Shown here one piece after another: positions 1 to 14,169 of a stretch of DNA of 64,000 bases. A program made the translations under genes and the position numbers. The first letter of the stretch is position 1. Every line of letters begins with the position of its first letter. The DNA lies in NCBI RefSeq assembly GCF_009914755.1, contig NC_060937.1; one strand, given 5' to 3'. The notes beneath the pieces were generated by a model. The model saw only the letters and a list, made by a program, of their open reading frames with translations, had not been told where the DNA came from and did not search any database. The stretch is from the human T2T-CHM13v2.0 reference genome, Homo sapiens.

Positions 1-1059
1 TCTTGTTTAAAGGTAAATGTCAGAATTCGCTAATTATGTAAATTATATAGTTTTTAGTATTATTAATAAAACAGCTATTATTATTAATCTATACCTATAA
101 ACGATAATATAAATAATATTTTCTCATCCTCTGCCTAGAGCATGTAGCTGCTTACCTTATCTAAGTGGTTTGAATCAAACTAGTTAAGTCAACTGTACTA
201 CGAAGACACGCTTCAAAGGTGGTGTCACTACACCTACAGCTGCATACTTGTTAAATTGTCATCCTACCAATGCCTTCTTTTGAAAATAAAACAAAAATCT
301 GTTTTTGGCTTTAGTTCCCCGCCAACAATATAATCTTGATTAAACCAGCAGGTTTTTTTTTTCTCTTCAAAATAAGACTGAATGTTTCTATGCAGTTGGG
401 AGTGATTCACCTTAGGAATTAGTCATCAAAAAATACATATTATAAGCTCTCTAAGGTTAAAGAGTAGTGTTAAATATATAGCAGCTTGCAGTACCACCCA
501 CCTTGTTGTTAGTAAAGATAGAAAGACGTTTAAAAAGCATGAGGCGGTAAACACCACCTGCTTTTAAAGTGCAAGGATCCTGACATTTGCACTTCTGTTT
601 GTATTTAAAGTCTGATATTCACATTGAATTATGTTGGTATTTGAAAACACAGTGACTTTTTATATAGTGTATCAACTGCAAAACGTAAAGAAATCAGATA
701 TTTTCTCTATATTTTCATACACCTAGTAAATACCTGCAAGATTAAATACCAAAATAGTAAATCTAGTTTTCTCTGAATGACAGAATTATGGCTGATTTTT
801 TTAAACATTACATTTTCAAATAATAGATTTAGTGTAATATAAATTTGTGTGATAAAATTTAATAAAATAATTAGGAACCATCTTTTAAAAAGCATGATGC
901 ATCCAGTAAACTCAAAGCATTAAGATGATGAATTATGAAATCAAAGTTGATTAGAATATATACTTTTCATGTGCTTATTTTACTTGAAAAATATAATGAC
1001 TATTTATTCCGGTCTTCCTCTATACTCCATACTGCCCTACAACTCCCGCCCACACACGT

Positions 1060-1295
1060 TTTTAGTGTTGCACAGCTGCATTCCACGTATAACAATTTAT
1101 GTAGCTAGTCTTGTATTGTTAGACATTTTGGTTGTTTCAAAAATTTTTCCTCACATATAAAGCTTCAAAGACCATCCTACTACATGTATCTTTGTATGTT
1201 TGCCGGATCATTTCTTTAGGATAAATTCCTGAGAGGTAGTTTTGAAAGTCTGTTGGTACACAGTGCCAAATAACCCTCCTGAAATGTTTACTATT
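1060..1295 (-). mobile_element. Ancient L1M (L1ME-like) 3' fragment
   Basis: Degenerate antisense L1 3' motifs (ttagacattttggttgtttc, tttctttaggataaattcctgag, tgccaaataaccctcc). Boundaries approximate. Confidence 0.55.
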
Positions 1296-4200
1296 TCTGA
1301 GATTTAAATCCCATTGTCTATTCTATGATAGGACCTCCTGTTCCTCATCATTACAAAGATACATATAATTTTTTATGTTTTGACTGGGATATCATCATGT
1401 TATTCTTACATATATGGATAAAACCTCCAGCTTTACATCATCTCAATATATTTTATTCAAATGAAGAATAGAATTATGTGTTTACCTCCAAGTATAGTTT
1501 GTAAATTCAATGAGGATAGCGGCTGTGGCTTTCAATGACATAGCCTTGACAAATACACCATTCTCCAGGTTCCTCTGGTTTTCTTGAAATACCCTTCTTT
1601 TATTCCACCTCTCTTGCTTTTGTATAGGATTTTAAATGACAGTCAGGATGGTAGAACATTACTCATGGATTCAAATGAATAGATGCACTCTGCATGAAAT
1701 AAAATGTCTAAGGATTCAGTTATATTTTCTAATGAGGATGATTAATAAATAATAAAAGCAAAAAGACATTATGCTTTGATATTTTTAAATGTGCCTTTTA
1801 TTTGTGAAAGATGAAATAAAACTGGCAGTTATCTGAAAAAATAAGCCATAAAAAGTAAAATAAAATTTACAAAAAAAGACAAGAAAAACTAAAAATAGCT
1901 ACACATTTCTAATAATAAATGTAAATATACTACTACATTCTAAAAGACAGATTTTTTAAAACAAATGTAACTTTTCATTTTTTGCATTTCTAAACATGGA
2001 GTGATGATAGATAAATAAGCATTGTTTATGAATGCTCAAACTTTTCAGCCTCCTGTACACTTGATTTTCACATAATCCTATTATGTAGTAATCTGATTCC
2101 TCTATTAGACTAATTTACCTAATAGTCTATGCCACTGCCATTGTTACATGTTGTTTAAACATTGCTTCAAACATACAACAATTTTGTAGCATAGGTTGCC
2201 AAGCTTGTTTCATTCTATCACAGCAGTACTGTGCACTTTTAACAAATCTTTAGGAATATTCAACATTCATTTTTTAAAAATAAGGCAGTGGAGCCATATC
2301 CGTATCAACATAACAACACATACTCAATAATCATTATCATATTTATACTCTGATTTAATTTAATAAAGTCATTTTATGTGCTTTAACTCATAGGATCACC
2401 AAATAGTCCTGGCAAGCAAATGGCTTGCTCTATTATATTTTGTCTATATCCAGATAAAGAAAACAAGGCTGAAAAATCTGGAATGAGACACACAAGTTGT
2501 CACCATCACAAATAATGAATTCAGCATCATATAAATGTTTCTACTTAGATAAATCCCATCCTATCCTGTTTACTTCTTTGTACATTAAAAAAATCTACAT
2601 TACAACTTTCTGTTACTACTTCTAGTTTTTATAACCAATTATATATGGAAAATAAAATAATGTATATGATAATTGCTTTTAGGTTTTAACATAATAATTG
2701 GTTACATCATCTTTTCCCCATCAGTATATTTATTTTAACATGTTCTATGTAATTGGAATAATTAAGTATGGCATAAGCCATCTAATGTGCTCAAGAGTCT
2801 TGTCATGTTCATTTGACATGAAATTGATCCAGTAAGTTGATGATCACTCCATACTAAGCGTCACTGTGAATAGAGAATTTGTTGTTTCATGGTTGACATC
2901 AATGTGATTAATGACATCAATATGATTCATTGTTTTATCAATATGATGTAAACAATGAGTTGATTCACTCAAATAAACAAAAAATGTCAAGCTACTTTTT
3001 CATCAACTACTACAAACCTTCAATTGACTGAACTATTGTCTTTTCAAACAATTGCTTTCAAGTCTTATAAAACACAGCCTAATTTGAGCTTTTTTTTACT
3101 TTAAACACCCTATGTTAGCACCTAATATATGTTTTAATGCATGCTTGTACTACAAAATTTTTATTCATTTAAACCCATACAACTTACTTTTAAACACTGT
3201 GAATTTTTTATATTTCCTATTTTTAGTGGCATGTCATTATCTCAAAAACATAATATCTTTGCAAAAGAAAGTGTATATACATCCATATATACGCATATGT
3301 ACATATGTGTGTATGTAGATAAAATATACATGTAAAATATTCTTTTGAGGGAGAATAGCATCATTTGCCTATCACACACATTCTAAAAAACAATTTTATT
3401 TAAGTACCAGTTATGAAACATAAATATTTTTCTAAAAAGATGAGATAGTATTTTTTTCAGCATTTTAGTTGCTTATAAGAAATATGGGCAATCCCTGAGG
3501 GCAAGGAACTTGAGGAGAAGATACATACACAACAATAGTCAATTATAGAACAGAGATTTAGATTTCATGGTAAAACCATATTGCAGCTTCTCACAAATAT
3601 TCCATCTACAAATACACATCTAGGTTTTGTTTTCCTCTTCACTCACTTCAGGATTGAAAGAAAGGTCATCTGAATTAAATTTTTAAAAGGATAAAATAAA
3701 TGCCATTGACATTAGGAAAGGCTATCCAATAATTGAAATTTTAAACACAGAAAGTGTAGGGTGCTATCACGAACGTTTAGATATGCAAAAGAATAGAACT
3801 ATTTTTAAAATATTTTTCAAAACCCCAGTTAAACACATATTTAAGGTTATCAGCCATTTTACATGTATTGTTATCTATTTATTTTCTTTATTAATATATT
3901 TGACTTACACTCATCCCTCTAATGCATTTATTTCTAACTTTATTGATTTAAATTACCAGTTTCATCCAGCGATTCTGATATTCTATATTATAGCCTTTTA
4001 CTCTGCAAAGAGATCAAATGATGTTCACTTAAAGCCACCTATCTGGCCACCTCATTCCACTCTCAGTGGCTCTATGTTATATGTTTTTATCCATGGTCTA
4101 CAGGAAAGAGTTGTGTTAATATGAAGTACATCTTAGGTATTACTTAATTGCTTTGCCATAGACTTCTCTGTTTCTGGCATGACTACTGAAATCAAAGAGG

Positions 4201-6204
4201 GAGAATATGACAGACAATGCAACTTTTCCACTAACATGAATAGATGTGGTGTCAAATACCACCTGTTATTCTCAGATTATCAATTTTTATTCATTTTATT
4301 GAAAAATAGCAACTTAACTCTTAGATTATATTACATTGTCTTAAATATACCCACTTGTGTCCAGAAAGTTCCTCTGTTATTTCAACATATGCTTTAGGGA
4401 CTAGTAGCACTGATTTCAACATTTAAACCATGATTACTCAATACACCTATTTGTCATATTCTTAGTGCTTCTCTCTGACAGAATGTTATTGACAAATGCC
4501 ACCTACTGTATAATTCACTTTGCTGCACAGTGAGCACAAAGAGATACTAAACAGTGAATAATTCATCTTAAACCTTTTTGTATTGCCTTGTTCACTAGAA
4601 AACTTGTCTATAGAGAAGATTATGGTGTGGTCTGTTGAAATTGCACTCAATCAATGATAATTCCATTACACAGCTGACAACTACACAGAGATTCAAAAGT
4701 CTTAGTAACATCCAAGATTGCATTTTTGTGAGAGTGTGTTTATATTTCTACAAATAGTTCAGAATGATCCAAAATATTTGTTTGTCTTTCTAATTTAGAG
4801 AAAGCTAATTTTGTGCAGCAGCAAAATAGAAACCATTGAAGTTTATCTCAGAAGTGATTATGTTGTATTGAAAAAGCTTCTGAAGTAGAGCTGTAGAATT
4901 TTTTTCTTAAGAAAAAGAAATTGTAAGAAGTACAAAGACAATAAAGAATGTAATAAATACTTGCTAAAGCAGATGATTCAAGCAAGAGCATATGTAGCCT
5001 ATTAGAACTCTAATAATTATTATATACAGGTTTGCAGTTTCATGTAAAAAATGATTACTTGCACAAAGTTTAGGAGTGCAGACTGACAGAATCTGAGATA
5101 GAACAAATGCCCCCTCATCCCCTAGTTCACTGTATTCTGTTTGCTTCTTACTGTCACTTGTCCCAAATAGACCTAGAATTCTCATGGTGAGATTCTGAAA
5201 ACCCACACAAAACAAGTAAGGCTAACCTTATAGGTAGTTTCTTTTTTTTTTTTTTTGTAAAGCCATGCATCACTTTACATCTGTAACTGATTCAGTTTTT
5301 ACTCTGACTCATATGACTATAATCTTGGTACTGGTGTCAAAGATAAACCAGAATAGTACCACAGTTTAAGAACAAATGCAATGGGGGAGATAGAAAAGCA
5401 TTTTCGTGAAATTTATATTTTTCTGTTAAGACTCAAGGGTGACTGATTTACTCAACATGCCTGCATAGAAAACTAATACAAAAAGCCCACAAAATGCTGA
5501 ACTATTGGAGTGTAATATTCATTTAAAAGAACTTTTAACAAGGTATCCCAGATAAATAATCAGTTATATATTTTGTACCTAAAATTAGGATTCATTTAGG
5601 ATGATTTCATCCAAATAGCATGATGTGGAAATAATACAAATAGTTAGAATAACTATCAAGGTAGTTTGCTCTTCCCATTGTTTTGCTTGAAAAAAATCAA
5701 TTTTCCTTGCATAATTATGTTTAATGTATGCTGAGGACTAGGAAATCAAATATATTTTATATACATTCAGGATACATCTAAAATAAAACATTTTAATGTT
5801 AGATGTTTGAATATAGCTGAGATTAAGCTTTACAATGATTTTTCAGATTATCTATAATTTGATCCTTTTTTCTGCTATAACTGCTTTTTAAAGATTGTAC
5901 TTTTATTTTTAAAAAGTAACTTACCTGACTTGCTTTGACTAGTCTTTAAGTATAGGTCTCAGGACAAGTGCTTCTTTGGGACACCATAAGAAATGAGGAA
6001 AAAAATGACATTTTTACATTTTAAAGTTCATTCTATAACAATTTGAGCAACGTGATGGATTGTTTGGCTTTTCAGTGTAATACAATGTGGTAAATACTTT
6101 TTGAAACAATTAAAAAAATTTTATTCATAAGCATATTTCTGGATTTTACTACTTTTCAGATTTTATGCAGTGATAAAATAGAAATGTTAATCGTGAAAAT
6201 GCAA

Positions 6205-6450
6205 TATTGTACATTTGTCAAAACTCAAGGAATGAGCAACACAAGATGTGAACCCTAACTTAAACTATGGACTTTAGCTAATAATGATGTATCAATATTG
6301 GTACATCAGTTGTCAAAAATATACCACATTAATGTAAGAAATTAATAATGGGAAAACTGTGTGCAGGAGGGGAGGAGGTAAATGGGCACCCTGTATCTTT
6401 TTCTCTATTTCTCTGAAACCTAAAACCACCCTAAAAAATAAAATCTATCA
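6205..6450 (+). mobile_element. L1MC-type 3' UTR fragment
   Basis: gtgaaccctaacttaaactatggacttt...gtatcaatattgg...gaaacctaaaac...ctaaaaaataaaatctat resembles L1MC 3' ends. Confidence 0.7.
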
Positions 6451-6532
6451 CTAAAATCTGCAATATTCTGTTTTAAGAAAATAAAATATCATGAATATTA
6501 TTTTCACCATACATTGCTACATATTTTAATAA

Positions 6533-6840
<308 letters not shown>

Positions 6841-6984
6841 ACCACTAGTTTTTGACATTATTTTTTAACAAGAGAGTGAAAAATACTTAACTTCATTTGA
6901 ATTCTTAAATGATCTTTCTTAGTGTTAAATGCATTATAATTTTTTCATATAAAAATTATAACCTATATGTTTATTTGCCTGATT

Positions 6985-7080
6985 TAATAATTTCATAACG
7001 CATGCATATGTCAAAACATGTATACTGTAAATATATATAATTTTATTTGTCAATTATGACAGTAAAGCTGGAGGAAAATA
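6985..7080 (+). mobile_element. Old L1M (L1MA/MB-like) extreme 3' end
   Basis: gtcaaaacatg...aattttatttgtcaattat...taaagctggaggaaaa matches old L1 termini. Confidence 0.55.
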
Positions 7081-7689
7081 AGTCAATTATTAGGAATTTG
7101 ACCTAGGGAAAAAAAAAGCTATCCTCTGATTAGTTTTTAAAAGCAGTATTTTCAATAACCAAGAATATATTATCAAGAAAGGTCATATATATTTATTTTT
7201 AAAAAATCAATTTCTTCTAACACATGCCCAAATACTAATATATAGTTTCTGCATTGCTATACTTATACATATATGATAAAAAATAGAGTCAGTGATGGTG
7301 TTTACATAATGATTGAGCCAATTTGATCAACCTAGTGAGTGAAAAACATATCAATGCAATCATCAGAGGCATCATTTATGTGCACCGATAATGATGGCTG
7401 TTGCTTCAGACCTTCTCATTTGTGGTAGGGCTTCTGGTCTCCCTTGGATATGTGCCTCTGTAGCCCGGGCTGGCTTACCTGATCTGATTACTTCCTAATA
7501 TCTGAAGTATTCTTAAGCAGCACACATTTTGCCTTGGCAGGAATGCAATAACTGCATTTCTGCTGCTTTTGTTATTCCTTTTTCCATTTCTCTTCCTAAT
7601 TCTATTTGGTTTATCTGTAAAATGCAGGAACAATTGAATACTGCAACCCATCTATGTAGTTGCAGTATTGAACTACTTGTTCCTCTGGA

Positions 7690-7850
7690 CTAGGGATATG
7701 CAAACTTGTTTGATCATCAGAATCCCATAGAGATTTGTAAAGAAATGTAGATTCTGTGCCCTACCCAAAACCAAATGAATCAATTATTTTTAAAGGTGAG
7801 ACTTTTCTAAGTTTTTTCTGAAACTTCTATTTTAATAAATACCTATAGAT
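7690..7850. mobile_element. MER5A-like hAT-Charlie MITE remnant, interrupted by MER1B
   Basis: catcagaatc...gtagattctgtgccctaccc...gaatc...tttaataaatacc resembles MER5A. Confidence 0.5.
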
Positions 7851-8373
7851 CAAGGGTCTCCAACCCCCGGCCCATGGCCTGTTAGGAACCAGCCCACACA
7901 GCAGGAGGTGAGCAGTGGTCCAGCTAGCTCTGCCTCCTGTCTGATCAGTGGTGGCCTGTTCAGAACCAGGCCACACAGCAGGAGGTGAGCAGTGGTCCAG
8001 CTAGCTCTGCCTCCTGTCTGATCAGTGGTGGCCTGTTCAGAACCAGGCCACACAGCAGGAGGTGAGCAGTGGTCCAGCTAGCTCTGCCTCCTGTCTGATC
8101 AGTGGTGGTCTGTTCAGAACCAGGCCACACAGCAGGAGGTGAGCAGTGGCTGAGGGAGATCCCCCTCCTGTCAGATCAGTGGTGGCATTAGATTCTCAAA
8201 GGAGCGTGAACCCTATTATGAACTGCGCATGCAAAGGATCTAGGCTGCACACTCCTTATGAGATTCTAACTAATACCTGATGATCTGAGGTGGAACAGTT
8301 TCATCCCCAAACCTCCGGAAAAATTGTATTCCAAGAACCAGGTCCCTAGTGTCAAAAAGGTTGGGAACCACTG
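7851..8373 (+). mobile_element. MER1B hAT-Charlie MITE with internal tandem expansion
   Basis: Termini caagggtctccaacc / ggttgggaaccactg. Internal MER1B motifs (cattagattctc, gaggtggaacagtttcatccc). 8-bp TSD ctatagat (7843-7850) / ctacagat (8374-8381). Confidence 0.92.
7875..8185. repeat. 77-bp minisatellite, about 4 copies
   Basis: Units starting tggcctgtt at 7875, 7952, 8029 and 8106, an exact 77-bp period. The fourth copy diverges after about 8149. Confidence 0.95.
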
Positions 8374-8427
8374 CTACAGATGATTACAATTAAAAACCAT
8401 TACCAAGAATGTGATCTGGCAGATGAG

Positions 8428-8430
<3 letters not shown>

Positions 8431-8486
<56 letters not shown>
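8431..8486. repeat. (TG)28 microsatellite
   Basis: Uninterrupted TG run. Confidence 0.98.
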
Positions 8487-8487
<1 letters not shown>

Positions 8488-11400
8488 TTACTATTCTAAC
8501 ATTCTATCCCATTAGGTAAATGTTCTTTCTTCTATGATTACTTGTTGACTTTTAACATAAACATTTCCAGGGAAAGTAACAGCTTTCTTAATCTGCTGAA
8601 CTAGGCTTCATCCATTTTGTTATTGCATAGCCCTACAGTTCAGTATTAATTAGTAGTATTGTGACCTGGTCAAATATGCATAACAGTGAATGTACAGAAC
8701 AGTCCTGTAGGTCATGTCTTCCAATCCTTGCAGAGTGCATGAGACAAGCAGAGAGAGGCTAACTTGAATGGCTTCAGAAATGTTCAACTCAGGTAAATGC
8801 ATTCTCTCGAACTTTCTATTAACAATTAAATTTTTTTAGAGATTTTATGCATAAATATTGATGTTTTCTTAGGCAATGTAGTCTTTCTTATTCTCCAACA
8901 AACTTTCTATACCCATATTGTTTTCTGTAAATTGGATCATCAGTGACTAACATGAAAGTGAAAAAAAAAGTCAAAGCAATCTCTTTACAAGTTCAAGGAA
9001 TGAGACATAAAATAATGAGTTACGAATATTGAACTCTCTCTTTTGGTACCCATAGCACCAATTTAGCTCTTTTCCAATGAGCCCAGGCAAAGTCTCTAAA
9101 TCTTCTCCTGCACTCCAATACTACAAAGATTGTTATAGAAGTTGAAATCACCTTGTCATTATCCTTCTGACAGAAAATCAAGGTAACGCCAATTGAGAAG
9201 AAAATTAGAAGTTAAAAAAGCTTTTTAAGTATCAATGATTGAAATTTTAACATGTCCAAAGCACTGTGCTAATTTGTTCACAAGTATTTTAAAATCTCTC
9301 ACATATAAGTAAGTGTCAGGAGGTTCTCTAGCATCGAAAATGCTGGAAGTTGGTTTTATCTGAACAGTTAATGTACATCATACATTCAATACATTAGGCA
9401 ATTATTACATTTACAATAGGTTTGTATGTTGCCAAGTCAACAGTTTCATTTTTTCTTTAAATTGAAGAACACATGTAATAGAAAAACAAAGTTTAAAATA
9501 TTTATTGTAGGGACTAAGTTGTCAACTTCTTATACAGTCTGAATGAACTGAATAGTCACTGAGTTGAACTGAATAGTCACTTAAAACTAGACAAGCAAAC
9601 TAGATAAGCAAAAAATATTTGATTATCTAGTTTTAAGAAAAGAGAAATTAATCACCATTAACATGTATAAAATTAATTCTAGAAATCTGTCAACCCACCT
9701 GATGAATATTTTGGGATTTTTTTTGTCTTAAGACCCTTCTGCACACCTAATGAACAGTCATGTACTAATGATAGACTCCACATTCAACAGGAATATTCAA
9801 TAATAAACAGAAACTGAGTACTAAGGGAAAAAAAAGAGGGAAAAAGAAAAAGCAAGTGTAGCAATCCAATACGTAATGGGCCACAAAACCCATAGGTACA
9901 ATGCATAATGACCATAGTGTCAGCAGCTCCAAACCCTCTATTCTGATGAATAGAAAAAGCCAATCACATGCTGTTTCCCAAAGCGATCCCAAGCAGTGTA
10001 CGTGGAGCAATAGCTGTAAAATGGAGTCCCAATAGACTTATTCAAACATGCAAATTAACAGCATTGAAAAGCAATGTACAGTAATCAGGTCCCATTTAGT
10101 ATTGTAACGTCAGCTGGGACACAATAGCTGTCTGTGTATTCTGTAGACAGTTTGTATTGGTAATAGCCACCACGTGAGTAATTAAGCACTTTAAACAAGT
10201 CAACCATTTAAGCTGTCCTACAAGTTAGAAGTGAAAAGCAAAGCTGGAACAAAGAGCAATAACAAGGAGCCATTAGCCTTGATAACACTGGTCCACCCAA
10301 AAGCATATGTTCCCTCAAATGAGAGCAGATTGTGGGTTTCACCTGCACTTCGGATATTTGCTTTACACATTTAAATAACAGATCTCAATATGTTTTTGTG
10401 TAACTAAAAACAGTTATAATGGTTATCGTTTTCTATTTCATTTTTTAAAATAACTACATTTTAAAAAACTGATTAAAAAATAGTCATCTAGTTACTGCTT
10501 CTAGATGACTTGAAGGATTGGTCCATGTCTCTAACTGTAGAGATAACCTTTTAAAATGTGTAAATTGATGTTCCCTAGCAATTCATACCCACATGTGATA
10601 AGGCCAGTGTTTTAGGAGTCTACAGTTCCCAGTGTAGCCATACGCATGCGCTTTGGAAAATCAAACTTAATCTGTTTCAACTTCTGGAATATGTAACTGG
10701 GATAGCTTGGGGAAAACCATATTTTTATCTAAATTTCAGATACTACAAAAGAGCACATTTAAAGAGTCTAAGTCAGGTACTTCTTTCCAAGTGAGGATAT
10801 TGTACAACCAAATTTTCTAATTCATTTCTGATGATAAAATTATGTACTCTTCTTTGCAATGGAAGTAAAAGTACACTTGCTTCACTATTTGAAGATAGTT
10901 ATTCTATTTATCCTCTGCCTTCACTCCTCAAGACTAAATAAAAACTTAAATCCCTTAAGTTTTTCTATATAAATCTGTGTTTAAAGTGCTTCATCATTTT
11001 TGTGTCTGTCCTCTGAACTCTTTCTAATTTATTCATATCTTGGAGCTGCATTGATATTTTAGTATGCTCTTTGCCTCACAGAGATCCTGCCAGGTCACTA
11101 TGGTAAGTGTTCCCTCTAATTTTTTCCAACCATGCATAGGCCGGGTGACAAGGGAGCTGCTGAGAGGGTTGAGTAAGGTCAAAGTGTCAGCAGGGTTACC
11201 GACTCACCTGGATATGATAGCTGGGACAAGAATGTGGACCAGTAGACCCTCCTGAGGGTTCCGACCTGGTATGAATAATGTATGGGATTTTCTCACAGAC
11301 ACTTCTGAGTTACCCCCAAGAGAGTGAAACTTTACCAACTGTTGTATGGATGTTCAACTTAAAGAATATAGTGACCCAGAGGACTTCACAGATGTCAACC

Positions 11401-12401
11401 ATCACAAAAATTATTTAATGTATCTTTAACCTTACTATTAAACATTCAGCCTCCTGCTAAGCAGCCAGAAATTTAGCTTTGAAGATTTTACTTGTAATAC
11501 ATAACAGTTGGAGACTTTTCAGGTGTCTTCCAACAGAAGCAAGAGCATGCTCATTAATTTTAGTTCTTCTAATGCCCTCTTCTGCTGTTTGATGAGTCAG
11601 GCTGAAAGTAATAGGGGTAGTTTCACATTATTTCTCTCAATTGCCTTGAGCTTCAAGATTTACTATCTTCTTCCTGTCAATTTGTAGTCCAAAGTAGTTG
11701 AGCAAATAATATTAAAGCAAGTAGTCTAGACTATAGATAGCCTAATGTTGTATCATATTAGGGGAAGCAAGTAAACAGGATACAGAAGAGGTAAGTTATC
11801 AAAACAGACGAATTAGAGAAGAAACATGTGAGGGCACTATTAGGAGTAAATGGAGAAAAAGCATAGCAAGGTTCCAGTGAGGAAGGAGCCAAGACAGCAG
11901 GCAGGAGGCAATCTGTGACTCATTAAGCTTTAGGAATTGGGGAAAGTACTCAGATAGAATACAAATTTTGAGGAAAAAAGTGCACAGTGAAGCAATAGGG
12001 TAGATATGTGGATTGTAGTGTACAGAATGATTGAAAATCAGACTGAACACTATTACTTGACACATCAGGGATGGTATGTCACTGACCAAGAATATTAAAA
12101 AGCAAGATGTTAGAGGGATCAGTTGGAAAATGTTCAAAGGTTGCCACTTAATGAGAAGGAACTGCCCCTTGTCTGTGATGGTACAAATTCTCTTTCAATG
12201 CATTTGCTACCTGGTACAGGGCCAATCAGTTTCCGGCAATCAATTTAGAACTTTTTGTAGTAATAAAAGTGAAACTGCATGCTGTTGGTAACTTGCAAAC
12301 ATTAATATATCTGGAGAAAGGCTCAGACATTCCCTTTTATAATACAAATTAAATGTATATATTTCTTTTATCTGGGTCCCATATTTTCAATAGTATTGTC
12401 A

Positions 12402-12809
<408 letters not shown>

Positions 12810-14169
12810 TTATCAGGGTCAGAGATATTTCCTATCACTAGGAAATAAAAGTCAAAACAATTGTGTAATAGCAATTATAAAGGCCTTGCTCAGCATTAGA
12901 TTAAAACTTGCTATCCCATTTGACTCATTTTATGATAATTAAATTAGATTCAAACAATTGATCTAAACATTTTTTGGTGAAAAAATGTTTGGTGTCTTTC
13001 GCTCCTCTTTTGTTTCCAATTATTTTTAATGCATACTTTGATTTTTCTACATTATATCTAATTTCATCCTAAACATAAAAATCTAATCATACCTGTTTCT
13101 TTCTACTAATGGGAAAGAAAAACTTTTGAATGAAGTATTTTTCTTTTACAAGGCAATTTCTAGTTTCTTAATCAACACAGGACATCTTAATTAGAGTAGA
13201 TGGCAACATTACTTTCATACTGAAAGCTGTGCTAAAAGCTGTGATCTCTATTAGTCCATAAAGATTACTGGGCAGCATGTGAGTTTCTAATAAAACCAAG
13301 ATGATTTGAAAAAAATTAAAACAAAATTGGAATGAAATATGTTTCAATATTCATTCTATGATAAAAATATTAAAATTCTAATGACTAGAAAATTGAGATA
13401 TTCAATATAATTTCTTCGTGATGACATCTGTGCTTCCTGTGAAATATTTATCTTGTTCCTATCCTTAAGTCATGTAAGCACACTACAATAAAAGTTCACT
13501 AGCTTTCATAAGAAAAGTAATAATTTATTTGTTTGTGACCATTTGTAATTCAAGGAAGATTTGGAATTAAGATACACAGAACTACACCTTTTTTTAAAGT
13601 AACTGTTTTGAGATCAAAGCAAAATAATGCTCTCCAATAGAGAAACAAGAAATATTCTCCTTTAAAGGGAGAGAGAAGTTAGTATGAAGTTCTGAACCAG
13701 AAGAATTAACTTTTACTTCACCCAAGATTAAAGTGAACTACTTAATGGGGAAATTTCAGACAAACTGAGAGCAAAATAGGCTTTATAATTTAATATAATT
13801 TATCTGGTGGAAATGTTATTATGGCTGTATGAAACAGTTTCGTCTAATTGTCATTATTTAAATATTTGATCATTTATTAGATTGTATTTGTTTACATACA
13901 TGTTTATCAGAGTTTTGAAGAAGGGTTTAGACTATAAAGTGCTCTGAAGTTCTAGCTTTTTGCATGAGCACACAAGTGTTTTCCTGGTTTCCCTTTTGCC
14001 TGTTACTAGTCTATTTCAGTCTGTCTCCAATGTTGATTCAGTTTTGTCCATGCAAACTCTCCGCATGTATTGGAATATCTCATATTGTTTCTCTGTCAAT
14101 GCCTTTACACATACTGTTCCATCTATATAAAAAAAATTTATTTCTTCCTCCTTCATTTAGAAGATATTT

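Noticed and set aside
7875-8185. 77-bp periodic array as a CRISPR-like array
   Set aside because: Units are head-to-tail with no unique spacers, derive from MER1B, and the DNA is primate with no cas genes.
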